64,000 nt of DNA from Escherichia coli. GTDB lineage: Bacteria; Pseudomonadota; Gammaproteobacteria; Enterobacterales; Enterobacteriaceae. The notes beneath the pieces are model-generated. The model had not been told where the DNA came from. It saw only the letters and a program-made list of their open reading frames with translations, and made no database searches. The DNA lies in NCBI RefSeq assembly GCF_036507355.1, contig NZ_AP027877.1, one strand, 5' to 3'. The position numbers were made by a program, and so were the translations under genes. Position 1 is the stretch's first letter. The number at the start of each line of letters is the position of its first letter. This document shows, one piece after another, positions 35,437 through 48,429 of the stretch.

Positions 35437-37148
35437 TGAGCGAAAAACATCCAGGGCCTTTAGTGGTCGAAGGAAAACTGACAGACGCCGAGCGCATGAA
35501 GCTTGAAAGCAACTACCTGCGCGGCACCATTGCGGAAGATTTAAACGACGGTCTGACCGGCGGCTTTAAGGGCGACAACTTCCTGCTGATCCGCTTCCAC
35601 GGCATGTATCAGCAGGATGACCGCGACATCCGCGCCGAACGTGCTGAACAGAAGCTGGAGCCGCGCCATGCGATGCTGTTGCGCTGCCGTCTGCCGGGTG
35701 GAGTTATCACCACCAAACAGTGGCAGGCGATCGATAAATTTGCCGGTGAAAACACCATCTATGGCAGCATTCGCCTGACCAACCGCCAGACATTCCAGTT
35801 CCACGGCATTCTGAAAAAGAACGTCAAACCGGTGCACCAGATGCTGCACTCGGTCGGTCTTGATGCGCTGGCGACCGCTAACGACATGAACCGTAACGTA
35901 CTCTGCACCTCGAACCCTTACGAGTCGCAGCTGCACGCAGAAGCGTACGAGTGGGCGAAGAAAATATCTGAACATCTGCTGCCTCGTACCCGCGCGTATG
36001 CGGAGATCTGGCTCGATCAGGAAAAAGTCGCCACCACTGATGAAGAACCGATCCTCGGCCAGACCTACCTGCCGCGTAAATTCAAAACCACGGTAGTGAT
36101 CCCGCCACAGAACGATATCGATCTGCACGCCAACGACATGAACTTCGTGGCAATCGCCGAAAACGGCAAGCTGGTGGGCTTTAACCTGCTGGTGGGCGGT
36201 GGGCTTTCCATCGAACACGGCAACAAGAAAACCTACGCCCGCACCGCGAGTGAGTTTGGCTATCTGCCGCTGGAGCATACGCTGGCAGTGGCGGAAGCCG
36301 TCGTGACAACTCAGCGTGACTGGGGTAACCGAACCGATCGTAAAAATGCCAAAACCAAATACACGCTGGAGCGCGTGGGGGTTGAGACGTTTAAAGCGGA
36401 AGTGGAGCGTCGCGCGGGGATCAAATTCGAGCCGATTCGCCCGTATGAGTTTACCGGACGCGGAGATCGTATTGGCTGGGTTAAGGGCATTGATGATAAC
36501 TGGCACCTGACGCTGTTTATCGAAAATGGTCGCATCCTTGATTATCCGGGGCGTCCGCTGAAAACCGGCCTGCTGGAGATCGCGAAGATCCACAAAGGTG
36601 ATTTCCGCATTACGGCGAACCAGAATCTGATCATCGCCGGTGTGCCGGAAAGCGAGAAAGCGAAGATCGAGAAGATCGCCAAAGAGAGCGGGTTAATGAA
36701 TGCCGTCACGCCGCAGCGTGAAAACTCAATGGCCTGCGTCTCGTTCCCGACTTGCCCGCTGGCGATGGCGGAAGCGGAGCGTTTCCTGCCGTCTTTTATC
36801 GACAACATCGATAATTTAATGGCGAAACATGGTGTCAGCGATGAGCATATCGTGATGCGTGTAACAGGCTGCCCGAACGGTTGTGGTCGCGCGATGCTGG
36901 CGGAAGTGGGCCTGGTGGGTAAAGCGCCGGATCGCTACAACCTGCATCTTGGCGGCAACCGCATTGGGACACGTATCCCACGGATGTATAAAGAAAACAT
37001 CACCGAGCCGGAAATCCTGGCGTCGCTTGATGAACTGATAGGGCGCTGGGCGAAAGAGCGCGAAGCGGGTGAAGGCTTCGGCGACTTTACGGTGCGTGCG
37101 GGCATCATTCGCCCGGTGCTCGATCCGGCGCGCGATTTGTGGGATTAA
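35436..37148 (+). CDS. cysI: Sulfite reductase hemoprotein beta subunit
   Basis: 570-aa ORF. Confidence 0.95.
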   Translation: MSEKHPGPLVVEGKLTDAERMKLESNYLRGTIAEDLNDGLTGGFKGDNFLLIRFHGMYQQDDRDIRAERAEQKLEPRHAMLLRCRLPGGVITTKQWQAIDKFAGENTIYGSIRLTNRQTFQFHGILKKNVKPVHQMLHSVGLDALATANDMNRNVLCTSNPYESQLHAEAYEWAKKISEHLLPRTRAYAEIWLDQEKVATTDEEPILGQTYLPRKFKTTVVIPPQNDIDLHANDMNFVAIAENGKLVGFNLLVGGGLSIEHGNKKTYARTASEFGYLPLEHTLAVAEAVVTTQRDWGNRTDRKNAKTKYTLERVGVETFKAEVERRAGIKFEPIRPYEFTGRGDRIGWVKGIDDNWHLTLFIENGRILDYPGRPLKTGLLEIAKIHKGDFRITANQNLIIAGVPESEKAKIEKIAKESGLMNAVTPQRENSMACVSFPTCPLAMAEAERFLPSFIDNIDNLMAKHGVSDEHIVMRVTGCPNGCGRAMLAEVGLVGKAPDRYNLHLGGNRIGTRIPRMYKENITEPEILASLDELIGRWAKEREAGEGFGDFTVRAGIIRPVLDPARDLWD

Positions 37149-37163
37149 CCATCAGCCCGGTCT

Positions 37164-37200
37164 TGTAGGCCTGATAAGACGTGTGAGCGTCGCATCAGGC
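37164..37200. repeat. REP element between cysI and cysH
   Basis: tgtaggcctgataagacgtgtgagcgtcgcatcaggc. Confidence 0.7.
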
Positions 37201-37221
37201 AAGGCAAACAGTGAGGAATCT

Positions 37222-37956
37222 ATGTCCAAACTCGATCTAAACGCCCTGAACGAACTGCCGAAGGTAGATCGCATTCTGGCGCTGGCGGAAACTAACGCCC
37301 AACTGGAAAAATTGGACGCTGAAGGCCGCGTAGCCTGGGCGCTGGATAATCTGCCCGGTGAATATGTGCTTTCTTCCAGCTTCGGCATTCAGGCGGCGGT
37401 GAGCCTGCATCTGGTGAATCAGATTCGCCCGGATATTCCAGTGATCCTCACCGATACCGGTTACTTGTTCCCGGAAACCTACCGCTTTATTGACGAGTTA
37501 ACGGACAAACTCAAGCTCAACCTGAAAGTGTACCGTGCTACCGAAAGCGCAGCCTGGCAGGAAGCACGCTACGGCAAACTGTGGGAGCAGGGCGTTGAAG
37601 GCATTGAAAAGTACAATGACATCAACAAAGTCGAACCGATGAACCGGGCGCTGAGAGATCTGAATGCGCAAACGTGGTTTGCTGGCCTGCGCCGCGAACA
37701 ATCCGGCAGCCGCGCCAATTTACCGGTGCTGGCAATTCAGCGTGGCGTATTTAAAGTGCTGCCGATTATCGACTGGGATAACCGAACGATATATCAGTAT
37801 CTGCAAAAACATGGCCTGAAATATCACCCATTATGGGACGAAGGATATTTATCGGTGGGCGATACCCATACAACCCGTAAATGGGAACCCGGCATGGCGG
37901 AAGAAGAAACGCGTTTCTTTGGCTTAAAAAGGGAATGTGGGTTACACGAAGGGTAA
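37222..37956 (+). CDS. cysH: Phosphoadenosine phosphosulfate reductase
   Basis: 244-aa product starting [14 protein letters not shown] inside the longer track ORF. Confidence 0.9.
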   Translation: MSKLDLNALNELPKVDRILALAETNAQLEKLDAEGRVAWALDNLPGEYVLSSSFGIQAAVSLHLVNQIRPDIPVILTDTGYLFPETYRFIDELTDKLKLNLKVYRATESAAWQEARYGKLWEQGVEGIEKYNDINKVEPMNRALRDLNAQTWFAGLRREQSGSRANLPVLAIQRGVFKVLPIIDWDNRTIYQYLQKHGLKYHPLWDEGYLSVGDTHTTRKWEPGMAEEETRFFGLKRECGLHEG

Positions 37957-38219
37957 ATATTGCCGGATAAATTAAACGCCTCTGTCAGAAATGATGGGGG
38001 CGTTTTTATTTTGCGAGCAGCATTCCTGATTTTAAACGTGAACGCCGCTGGAAGAATTATCAGGTATAGAATGGCGTCGGGTGCTTGAGGCTGTCTGGCG
38101 TTAAGCATTCGCGAGGTTCCAGATGGACAAAAGCCCCAGGCGATATTTCTATCAACCTGAGGCTCGCGTTCGAACGTAGCAATTCGGATGTTAGTCTCTT
38201 CTTTGCAGGGAGGCAAGAC

Positions 38220-38372
38220 ATGCTAACAAAATATGCCCTTGTGGCAATCATAGTACTGTGTTGTACAGTACTGGGATTCACGCTCATGGTAGGCGACTCG
38301 TTATGTGAGTTGAATATCAGAGAGCGTGGTATGGAGTTTAAGGCAGTTCTCGCTTACGAATCGAAGAAGTAG
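38220..38372 (+). CDS. Hok/Gef-family type I toxin (50 aa)
   Basis: [50 protein letters not shown]: single TM segment then the SLCE..IR…AYES.K signature; AGGGAGG RBS 7 nt upstream. Confidence 0.75.
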   Translation: MLTKYALVAIIVLCCTVLGFTLMVGDSLCELNIRERGMEFKAVLAYESKK

Positions 38373-38761
38373 CCACCACGTGGGGGTAAAACCCCGCGTA
38401 TTGAATTGTGATGGTTTGGTCTCCTGCACCCTTTTTTAAATTTATATTTTTTATGTGAATATATTGTCTCTATTTATTATTATGAATTTCAAATGAAAAT
38501 CATAAATTTATTCACAATATAAATGTTTTATTGGCTGATATATATCACAGATAATTTTTAAAATATGCGTAAATATCCTTTAAGTTTACTGAAGGATAAA
38601 AATATTGTGACTTTCTTTGATTTCTGGGGAAAAACCCGACGCGACGAGAAAGAAGGGGGTGACGACTATCACCTTCTTTGCTGGCATTCGCTGGATGTGG
38701 CCGCGATGGGCTATTTAATGGTTAAAAGAAATTGCTTCGGGCTGGCGGTAATGACTCCAAC

Positions 38762-39265
38762 TTATTGATAGTGTTTTATGTTCAGATAATGCCCGATGAC
38801 TTTGTCATGCAGCTCCACCGATTTTGAGAACGACAGCGACTTCCGTCCCAGCCGTGCCAGGTGCTGCCTCAGATTCAGGTTATGCCGCTCAATTCGCTGC
38901 GTATATCGCTTGCTGATTACGTGCAGCTTTCCCTTCAGGCGGGATTCATACAGCGGCCAGCCATCCGTCATCCATATCACCACGTCAAAGGGTGACAGCA
39001 GGCTCATAAGACGCCCCAGCGTCGCCATCGTGCGTTCACCGAATACGTGCGCAACAACCGTCTTCCGGAGCCTGTCATACGCGTAAAACAGCCAGCGCTG
39101 GCGCGATTTAGCCCCGACATAGCCCCACTGTTCGTCCATTTCCGCGCAGACGATGACGTCACTGCCCGGCTGTATGCGCGAGGTTACCGACTGCGGCCTG
39201 AGTTTTTTAAGTGACGTAAAATCGTGTTGAGGCCAACGCCCATAATGCGGGCTGTTGCCCGGCAT
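38762..39265 (-). CDS. insB: IS1 InsB (expressed as InsAB' by a -1 frameshift)
   Basis: 167-aa ORF overlapping insA in the -1 frame. Confidence 0.9.
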
Positions 39266-39459
39266 CCAACGCCATTCATGGCCATATCAATGATTTTCTG
39301 GTGCGTACCGGGTTGAGAAGCGGTGTAAGTGAACTGCAGTTGCCATGTTTTACGGCAGTGAGAGCAGAGATAGCGCTGATGTCCGGCGGTGCTTTTGCCG
39401 TTACGCACCACCCCGTCAGTAGCTGAACAGGAGGGACAGCTGATAGAAACAGAAGCCAC
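39184..39459 (-). CDS. insA: IS1 InsA
   Basis: 91-aa [26 protein letters not shown]…. Confidence 0.9.
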
Positions 39460-41451
39460 TGGAGCACCTCAAAAACACCATCATACACTAAATCAGTAAG
39501 TTGGCAGCATCACCCGGGCTGGCTGATTATTTTCGTCAATTAGGGATTTCTGACAAGGAACAGGCGGCTCAATTTTTCGCCTGGTTGTTGTGCTGGCACG
39601 ATATTGGAAAATTTGCCCGCTCATTTCAGCAACTTTACCTGCACCCACAACTCAAGGTTCCGGAAGGCGCAAGAAAGAATTACGAAAAGATCTCTCATTC
39701 AACGCTGGGCTACTGGTTGTGGCATCATTATTTAAGTGAATGCGAAGAATTGCTTCCTGCCTCTTCACTCTCTACTCGCAAACTTAAACGTGTAATAGCG
39801 ATGTGGATGCCCATGACTACCGGGCATCATGGTCGGCCCCCTGACCGTATTGATGAACTGGATAATTTTCTGCCTGAAGACAAAGTTGCCGCGCGAGATT
39901 TTCTCCTTGAAATCAAGGCACTGTGTCCGCTCATAGAGATTCCCACATTCTGGGATAATGACGAGGGAGTTGAACTTTTAAAACAACTTTCCTGGTATAT
40001 CTCTGCAACAGTCGTACTTGCAGACTGGACGGGTTCGTCAACGCGATTTTTTCCACGCGTCGCACACCCAATGGATATTAAAGATTACTGGCAGAAAACT
40101 TTAGTTCAGGCTCAAAACGCCTTAACCGTCTTTCCTCCAAAAGCAGAAACCGCACCTTTCACCGGAATTAATACGCTGTTTCCTTTTATTGAGCACCCGA
40201 CACCATTACAGCAAAAGGTGCTGGATCTGGATATCAGCCAGCCAGGGCCACAGTTATTTATTCTGGAAGACGTGACTGGCGCAGGTAAAACAGAAGCGGC
40301 GCTTATCCTGGCGCACAGGTTGATGGCTGCGAGGAAAGCACAGGGTTTGTTTTTTGGCCTGCCAACAATGGCAACGGCCAATGCCATGTACGATCGGCTG
40401 GTCAAAACCTGGCTTGCTTTCTATTCGCCAGAGTCCCGCCCCAGCCTGGTGCTGGCACACAGTGCCCGCACATTAATGGACCGCTTTAATGAATCACTCT
40501 GGTCCGGTGATTTAGTCGGGTCAGAAGAACCGGATGAACAAGCGTTCAGTCAAGGATGTGCAGCCTGGTTTGCCGACAGTAACAAGAAGGCTTTACTGGC
40601 TGAAATTGGCGTCGGCACGCTGGATCAGGCGATGATGGCGGTGATGCCGTTCAAACATAATAATCTGCGGCTTCTGGGGCTGAGTAACAAAATCCTGCTG
40701 GCTGATGAGATCCACGCCTGTGACGCTTACATGTCATGCATTCTTGAAGGGCTGATCGAGCGGCAGGCGCGTGGTGGAAACAGCGTCATTTTGCTTTCTG
40801 CTACGTTATCCCAACAGCAGCGCGACAAACTCGTCGCCGCCTTTGCGCGTGGCACAGAGGGCCAGCAAGAAGCTCCGTTCCTTGAAAAGGATGATTACCC
40901 CTGGCTGACGCATGTCACGAAATCCGATGTGAACTCACACCGGGTAGCGACGCGCAAAGACGTTGAGCGTAGCGTCAGCGTGGGTTGGCTTCATAGTGAA
41001 CAAGAGAGTATTGCGCGTATCGAATCGGCGGTAAGTCAGGGAAAATGCATCGCCTGGATCCGCAATTCTGTCGATGACGCTATTAAGGTTCATCGTCAGC
41101 TGCTTGCCCGCGGCGTCATTCCCGCTTCCAGCCTTTCACTCTTTCATAGCCGCTTTGCTTTTAGCGATCGCCAGCGAATCGAAACGGAAACGCTGGCACG
41201 CTTTGGTAAAAATTGTAATTTAAAAAGATCATCGCAAGTCATTGTTTGTACACAAGTAATTGAGCAAAGTGTGGATATTGACCTGGACGAAATGATCTCC
41301 GACCTTGCCCCCATTGATTTGCTGATCCAGCGAGCGGGGCGATTACAGCGACATATCCGCGATATTAATGGTCAGTTAAAGCGTGACGGAAAAGACGAGC
41401 GTTCCCCTCCTGAATTGCTGATTCTGGCCCCCGTCTGGGACGACGCTCCTG

Positions 41452-41781
41452 GTGACGAATGGTTCGGCAGTGCCATGCGTACGCGCCTTTACAGAGGCCG
41501 CGCTTAAAGTCTCACCAACCGGAAAACAAAACAGCTTTGCCAGCCGTGCCTACGCCTCCTGGGCGCTGGCGGAAAAAGGCACTGTTCAACCGCGTTCTCT
41601 GGCGGCGGCTTTCTATGAACCCATTAATGGTACCCGTCAGTTAGATGTGGCGGTGCAGCGTATTACAACGCTTCGCGAAAACATGAATACGGTCTACGAA
41701 CAGAAGACTGAATGCGCAAGTTTTGACGTGATGAACAAACAGGGAAGCATGAAGGACGTACTGGACTTTATCTGCGCGTAA
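41452..41781 (+). pseudogene. 3' remnant of a cas gene, most plausibly the end of cas7/casC fused out of frame to cas3
   Basis: 109-aa frame ending 10 bp before the cas5 ATG, the position casC occupies in an intact I-E operon; the alternative reading is a frameshifted cas3 tail. Confidence 0.4.
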
Positions 41782-41791
41782 GGGGCGGCTT

Positions 41792-42973
<1,182 letters not shown>

Positions 42974-43069
42974 GTTATGTGTTCTTTAAAAATAAGGAAA
43001 TGTTTGAATTTAGTTGGTAGATTGTTGATGTGGAATAAATTTGTTTAAAAACAGATATGTATGCTTAGT

Positions 43070-43281
43070 GTGTTCCCGGCGCCAGCGGGGATAAACCGAC
43101 GAGGGGCTCGTTATTCGGGAAATTACAAAAGTGTTCCCCGCGCCAGCGGGGATAAACCGGCCCAGGGATTTGTTCAATCCAGCGTGCCGCTGTGTTCCCC
43201 GCATCAGCGGGGATAAACCGGGCGCACTGGATGCGATGATGGATATCACTTAGAATTCCCCGCCCCTGCGGTAGAACTCCC
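43070..43281 (+). CRISPR. Type I-E CRISPR array next to cas2: 3 repeats GTGTTCCC(C/G)GCGCCAGCGGGGATAAACCG plus a degenerate terminal repeat, 3 spacers of 32 bp
   Basis: Repeats at 43070, 43131 and 43192, degenerate repeat at 43253; 61-bp period; AT-rich leader at 42974-43069. Confidence 0.95.
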
Positions 43282-43301
43282 AGCTCCCATTTTCAAACCC
43301 A

Positions 43302-44339
43302 TCAAGACGCCTTCGCCAACTCTTTCACCAGAGGTAGCATTATCCGCATAACGTCACGGCAGCGACGTTCTATTCTTCCAGGAAGTGCCTTATCAATATG
43401 CTGTTGATTATCCAGTCTTACGTCATGCCAGCTATTTCCCGCAGGGAATGCGGCTGTTTTTGCGCGTTGCTGATAACCATCCTTATTCCCAAGATTCCAG
43501 TTAGTCGCTTCCACCGAAAGTACAGCAATGCCCGCTTTGTCGAATATTTCTGCGTCATTACAACACCCAGTGCCTTTCGGATAATTTTTATTCAAACCCG
43601 GATTGGTCGTTGCGGCAATTCCATGACTACGCGCAATTGCCAGCGCCCTGTCGCGCGTTAATTTCCTTACTGCTTCAGGTGTTTTTACGCCACTGTTGAA
43701 ATACAGCTTATCGCCAACGATCAGATTATCGAGATTAATCACCAATAAAGTATTTTTCTTTTCGGTATCACTCATGCGCTTGAGGAAATTCTCAGCGCCT
43801 AATTTCCCTTCTTCTTCGCCACTGGTTGCTACAAAACGAATGCCATATTCGGTTGGCGTATTTTTCAGGCGTTCTGCCAGCTCCAGCATGACACCTAAAC
43901 CTGCGGCATTATCATCCATTCCTTGTAACGTCAGCCCGCCGAGATTGGCATCTGCATCTGCGTCGCTCTGCGGGGCATAGGTATCCAGATGCGCCATAAT
44001 AATGATCTGCTGCGGCGCTTTGCCTTCATGAGCGGCAATCACCGTACTTCCCGTCACGTTGTGCCAGTTTTTGCGGTTATCGCGGGCGGTATAAATATAT
44101 CGGCTATTAAACGTACGAATATCACTGCGGTAACCCATTTGCTGAAACTGTTGCCGAATATAATCGGCAGATAACATTTCTGCAGGAGTTCCGGTCATGC
44201 GTCCCGGAAAGAAAGTGGCAATATGTCGCGCCTGTGTATTGGCAAAATCGCCAGGTTTAGGTGACGAGGCGTGTACGGGGAGAATAAAGCATACGCCGAG
44301 CGCCAGGGCAGCGGTACGGTGGCGCAATGCGGAAAACAT
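43302..44339 (-). CDS. iap: Alkaline phosphatase isozyme conversion aminopeptidase
   Basis: 345-aa ORF with signal peptide. Confidence 0.85.
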   Translation of the reverse strand: MFSALRHRTAALALGVCFILPVHASSPKPGDFANTQARHIATFFPGRMTGTPAEMLSADYIRQQFQQMGYRSDIRTFNSRYIYTARDNRKNWHNVTGSTVIAAHEGKAPQQIIIMAHLDTYAPQSDADADANLGGLTLQGMDDNAAGLGVMLELAERLKNTPTEYGIRFVATSGEEEGKLGAENFLKRMSDTEKKNTLLVINLDNLIVGDKLYFNSGVKTPEAVRKLTRDRALAIARSHGIAATTNPGLNKNYPKGTGCCNDAEIFDKAGIAVLSVEATNWNLGNKDGYQQRAKTAAFPAGNSWHDVRLDNQQHIDKALPGRIERRCRDVMRIMLPLVKELAKAS

Positions 44340-44590
44340 AGTGAGTCCTTAAATACCATGCAAATTTTTTTACCGCCATAGTATGAAACTGCCGCTGCGC
44401 TAAAACAATTTCAAATCTTCCTAAACGCCCGAAATCCGGTGCCTTAAGCACTTTTTGATATTAGCTTTGCCAAATCGTTATTCCGTTAAGGAACTACTCA
44501 TTCTAATTGGTAATTTCATTCGTTCTCTTACGCTCCCTATAGTCGAAACATCTGATGGCAAGAAAATAGCGGTATTGCAAAGGAACGGTT

Positions 44591-45499
44591 ATGGATCAAA
44601 TACGACTTACTCACCTGCGGCAACTGGAGGCGGAAAGCATCCACATTATTCGCGAGGTGGCGGCAGAATTCTCAAATCCGGTGATGCTCTACTCTATCGG
44701 TAAAGATTCCAGCGTCATGCTGCATCTGGCGCGCAAGGCGTTTTATCCAGGTACGCTGCCTTTCCCGTTGCTGCATGTCGATACCGGCTGGAAATTCCGC
44801 GAGATGTATGAGTTCCGCGATCGTACGGCGAAAGCCTACGGCTGCGAGCTGCTGGTGCATAAAAACCCGGAAGGCGTGGCGATGGGGATTAATCCATTCG
44901 TGCACGGCAGCGCGAAACATACCGATATTATGAAGACCGAAGGCCTGAAGCAGGCGCTGAATAAATACGGTTTTGATGCCGCCTTCGGTGGTGCGCGCCG
45001 CGACGAAGAGAAATCCCGTGCTAAAGAGCGTATCTACTCTTTCCGTGATCGCTTCCATCGCTGGGACCCGAAAAATCAGCGCCCGGAGCTGTGGCACAAC
45101 TATAACGGGCAGATTAACAAAGGCGAAAGCATCCGCGTTTTCCCGCTCTCTAACTGGACCGAGCAGGATATCTGGCAATACATCTGGCTGGAAAATATCG
45201 ACATTGTTCCGTTGTATCTCGCTGCGGAACGTCCGGTTCTGGAACGCGACGGTATGTTGATGATGATTGATGACAACCGTATCGACCTGCAACCGGGCGA
45301 AGTGATTAAAAAACGGATGGTGCGTTTCCGTACGCTGGGCTGCTGGCCGCTGACCGGTGCGGTGGAGTCAAATGCACAAACGCTGCCGGAGATCATCGAA
45401 GAGATGCTGGTTTCCACCACCAGTGAACGTCAGGGGCGCGTGATTGACCGCGACCAGGCTGGTTCTATGGAGCTGAAAAAACGTCAGGGGTATTTTTAA
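44591..45499 (+). CDS. cysD: Sulfate adenylyltransferase subunit 2
   Basis: 302-aa ORF. Confidence 0.95.
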   Translation: MDQIRLTHLRQLEAESIHIIREVAAEFSNPVMLYSIGKDSSVMLHLARKAFYPGTLPFPLLHVDTGWKFREMYEFRDRTAKAYGCELLVHKNPEGVAMGINPFVHGSAKHTDIMKTEGLKQALNKYGFDAAFGGARRDEEKSRAKERIYSFRDRFHRWDPKNQRPELWHNYNGQINKGESIRVFPLSNWTEQDIWQYIWLENIDIVPLYLAAERPVLERDGMLMMIDDNRIDLQPGEVIKKRMVRFRTLGCWPLTGAVESNAQTLPEIIEEMLVSTTSERQGRVIDRDQAGSMELKKRQGYF

Positions 45500-45500
45500 G

Positions 45501-46928
45501 ATGAACACCGCACTTGCACAACAAATCGCCAATGAAGGCGGCGTCGAAGCCTGGATGATTGCGCAACAACATAAAAGCCTGCTGCGTTTTCTGACCTGTG
45601 GTAGCGTCGATGACGGCAAAAGTACCCTGATTGGTCGTCTGCTGCACGATACCCGCCAAATCTATGAAGATCAGCTCTCATCGCTGCATAACGACAGCAA
45701 ACGACACGGTACCCAGGGCGAGAAACTGGATTTGGCGTTGCTGGTGGATGGCCTGCAAGCTGAACGCGAACAGGGTATTACTATCGACGTGGCTTACCGT
45801 TATTTCTCTACCGAGAAGCGTAAATTTATTATCGCCGACACCCCCGGGCACGAGCAGTATACCCGCAATATGGCGACCGGCGCCTCAACGTGTGAGCTGG
45901 CGATCTTATTGATCGACGCCCGTAAAGGCGTGCTCGATCAAACCCGTCGTCACAGTTTTATCTCCACGCTGCTGGGGATCAAACATCTGGTCGTAGCGAT
46001 CAACAAAATGGATCTGGTGGATTACAGTGAAGAGACATTCACCCGCATTCGTGAAGACTACCTGACTTTCGCCGAACAGTTACCTGGCAATCTGGATATT
46101 CGCTTTGTGCCGCTCTCTGCGCTGGAAGGCGACAACGTGGCTTCGCAAAGTGAAAGTATGCCGTGGTACAGCGGTCCGACACTGCTCGAAGTGCTGGAAA
46201 CCGTGGAGATCCAGCGAGTGGTGGATGTCCAGCCAATGCGCTTCCCGGTGCAGTACGTTAACCGCCCAAATCTCGATTTTCGTGGCTACGCCGGAACGCT
46301 GGCATCCGGTCGCGTGGAAGTCGGGCAACGTGTAAAAGTGCTGCCCTCTGGTGTGGAATCAAACGTCGCGCGGATCGTGACTTTTGATGGCGATCGCGAA
46401 GAAGCCTTTGCCGGAGAAGCGATCACCTTGGTGCTGACGGATGAGATCGATATCAGCCGTGGTGATCTGCTGCTGGCGGCAGACGAAGCGTTACCAGCTG
46501 TGCAGAGCGCGTCGGTGGATGTGGTATGGATGGCGGAACAGCCGCTTTCCCCGGGCCAGAGTTATGACATCAAAATTGCCGGTAAGAAGACGCGTGCTCG
46601 TGTTGATGGCATTCGTTATCAGGTTGATATTAATAACCTTACCCAACGCGAAGTTGAAAACCTGCCGCTGAACGGCATCGGCTTGGTGGATCTCACTTTT
46701 GACGAGCCACTGGTGTTAGATCGTTATCAGCAAAACCCGGTTACCGGTGGGCTGATTTTTATCGATCGCCTGAGCAATGTGACCGTAGGTGCCGGTATGG
46801 TGCATGAGCCAGTTAGCCAGGCAACTGCTGCGCCATCTGAATTTAGTGCATTCGAACTGGAATTGAATGCCCTGGTTCGCCGCCACTTTCCACACTGGGG
46901 CGCGCGCGATTTGCTGGGGGATAAATAA
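45501..46928 (+). CDS. cysN: Sulfate adenylyltransferase subunit 1 (GTPase)
   Basis: 475-aa ORF with GTP-binding motifs. Confidence 0.95.
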
Positions 46929-47533
46929 TGGCGCTGCATGACGAAAACGTCGTCTGGCATAGCCATCCGGTCACTGTGCAACAACGCGAGCTACACCACG
47001 GTCATCGTGGTGTAGTGCTGTGGTTTACCGGCCTCTCCGGGTCCGGTAAATCAACGGTCGCCGGGGCGCTGGAGGAGGCGTTACATAAACTCGGCGTCAG
47101 TACGTATCTGCTGGATGGCGATAATGTTCGCCACGGATTATGCAGCGATCTCGGTTTTAGCGATGCCGATCGTAAAGAGAATATCCGTCGCGTCGGTGAA
47201 GTGGCGAATTTGATGGTTGAAGCCGGACTGGTGGTGCTGACCGCATTTATCTCGCCACACCGCGCCGAACGCCAGATGGTTCGCGAACGCGTAGGAGAAG
47301 GGCGCTTTATCGAAGTGTTTGTCGATACGCCGCTGGCGATTTGCGAAGCCCGCGATCCAAAAGGCTTATATAAGAAAGCGCGTGCCGGTGAACTGCGCAA
47401 CTTTACGGGAATAGATTCCGTTTACGAAGCGCCTGAATCGGCAGAAATTCATCTCAATGGTGAACAATTAGTAACAAATTTGGTACAGCAATTATTAGAT
47501 CTGTTGAGACAGAACGATATTATCAGATCCTGA
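46928..47533 (+). CDS. cysC: Adenylyl-sulfate kinase
   Basis: 201-aa ORF with P-loop GLSGSGKST. Confidence 0.95.
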
Positions 47534-47582
47534 GACACCACCGGGTTTCCATGCCCGGTTCGTCAAAGTAACAGGATCAAAT

Positions 47583-47906
47583 ATGCGTAATAGCCATAAC
47601 ATTACACTAACAAATAACGACAGCCTTACTGAGGATGAAGAAACCACATGGTCACTGCCTGGTGCCGTGGTCGGTTTTATCTCCTGGTTATTTGCGCTGG
47701 CGATGCCGATGTTGATTTATGGCTCTAACACGCTGTTCTTCTTTATCTACACCTGGCCTTTCTTTCTTGCGCTGATGCCCGTCGCGGTAGTGGTGGGGAT
47801 TGCGCTGCATTCATTGATGGACGGAAAGCTACGCTACAGTATTGTTTTCACCCTGATGACAGTAGGCATTATGTTTGGCGCACTGTTTATGTGGCTACTG
47901 GGCTAA
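47583..47906 (+). CDS. ygbE: Inner membrane protein YgbE
   Basis: 107-aa hydrophobic ORF. Confidence 0.8.
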   Translation: MRNSHNITLTNNDSLTEDEETTWSLPGAVVGFISWLFALAMPMLIYGSNTLFFFIYTWPFFLALMPVAVVVGIALHSLMDGKLRYSIVFTLMTVGIMFGALFMWLLG

Positions 47907-48099
47907 TTTGTACTTTCCCGTCTCCTCTGTTCATAATTCAAACCGTAACTAATAATGAGATTATGTTCTGCACGCCCTGGGTATACGTAACAATGGACAA
48001 ATGTGGTACATTTGCCCGCGTTGTCGCGGTATCCCCAACAGAGGATGTAGAGTCGTCTTCGGATGCATGGGATGATGATGCCGTTTTTCAGGGGGCAGG

Positions 48100-48411
48100 A
48101 TGGGTAAACTAACGCTGCTGTTGCTGGCTATTCTGGTCTGGCTACAGTATTCGCTGTGGTTCGGTAAGAACGGTATACATGACTATACCCGCGTCAATGA
48201 TGATGTGGCGGCACAGCAAGCTACAAACGCGAAACTTAAAGCGCGAAACGATCAACTTTTTGCCGAAATTGACGATCTCAATGGCGGCCAGGAGGCGCTC
48301 GAAGAGCGTGCGCGTAATGAACTCAGCATGACCAGGCCGGGCGAAACGTTTTATCGTCTGGTGCCTGACGCGTCGAAGCGCGCACAGTCTGCGGGGCAAA
48401 ACAATCGATAA
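48100..48411 (+). CDS. ftsB: Cell division protein FtsB
   Basis: 103-aa ORF with TM segment and coiled coil. Confidence 0.9.
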
Positions 48412-48429
48412 ATCAGCCCGGGAATTAAC

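Larger units (their letters stand above)
38747..39514 (-). mobile_element. IS1 insertion sequence (768 bp) with 9-bp target-site duplication CGGGCTGGC at 38738-38746 and 39515-39523
   Basis: Terminal inverted repeats GGTAATGACTCCAACTTATTGAT (38747) and complement of GGTGATGCTGCCAACTTACTGAT (ending 39514); insA and insB ORFs inside; A6C frameshift motif at about 39203-39211. Confidence 0.95.
38565..41507 (+). pseudogene. cas3: cas3 (type I-E nuclease-helicase), disrupted by IS1 and lacking its normal 3' end
   Basis: N-terminal HD region in ORF 38565-38768; frame resumes after IS1 (HDIGKF, VTGHHG, TGAGKTEAAL, DEIHA, SATL, QRAGRLQRH motifs); the frame changes near 41450-41510. Confidence 0.85.

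Noticed and set aside
35541-36593. 350-aa minus-strand ORF antisense to cysI
   Set aside because: Shadow ORF inside cysI; no RBS and no domain signal.
38085-38372. Full 95-aa ORF as the toxin
   Set aside because: Only the last 50 codons carry the Hok signature and have a proper RBS; the upstream in-frame extension is better treated as leader or a mok-like element.
39501-41507. Track ORF start MAASPG… taken as the native cas3 start
   Set aside because: The first codons come from the IS1 terminus and target duplication; the true cas3 start is at 38565 upstream of IS1.
44672-45292. 206-aa minus-strand ORF antisense to cysD
   Set aside because: Shadow ORF; the plus-strand cysD assignment is unambiguous.
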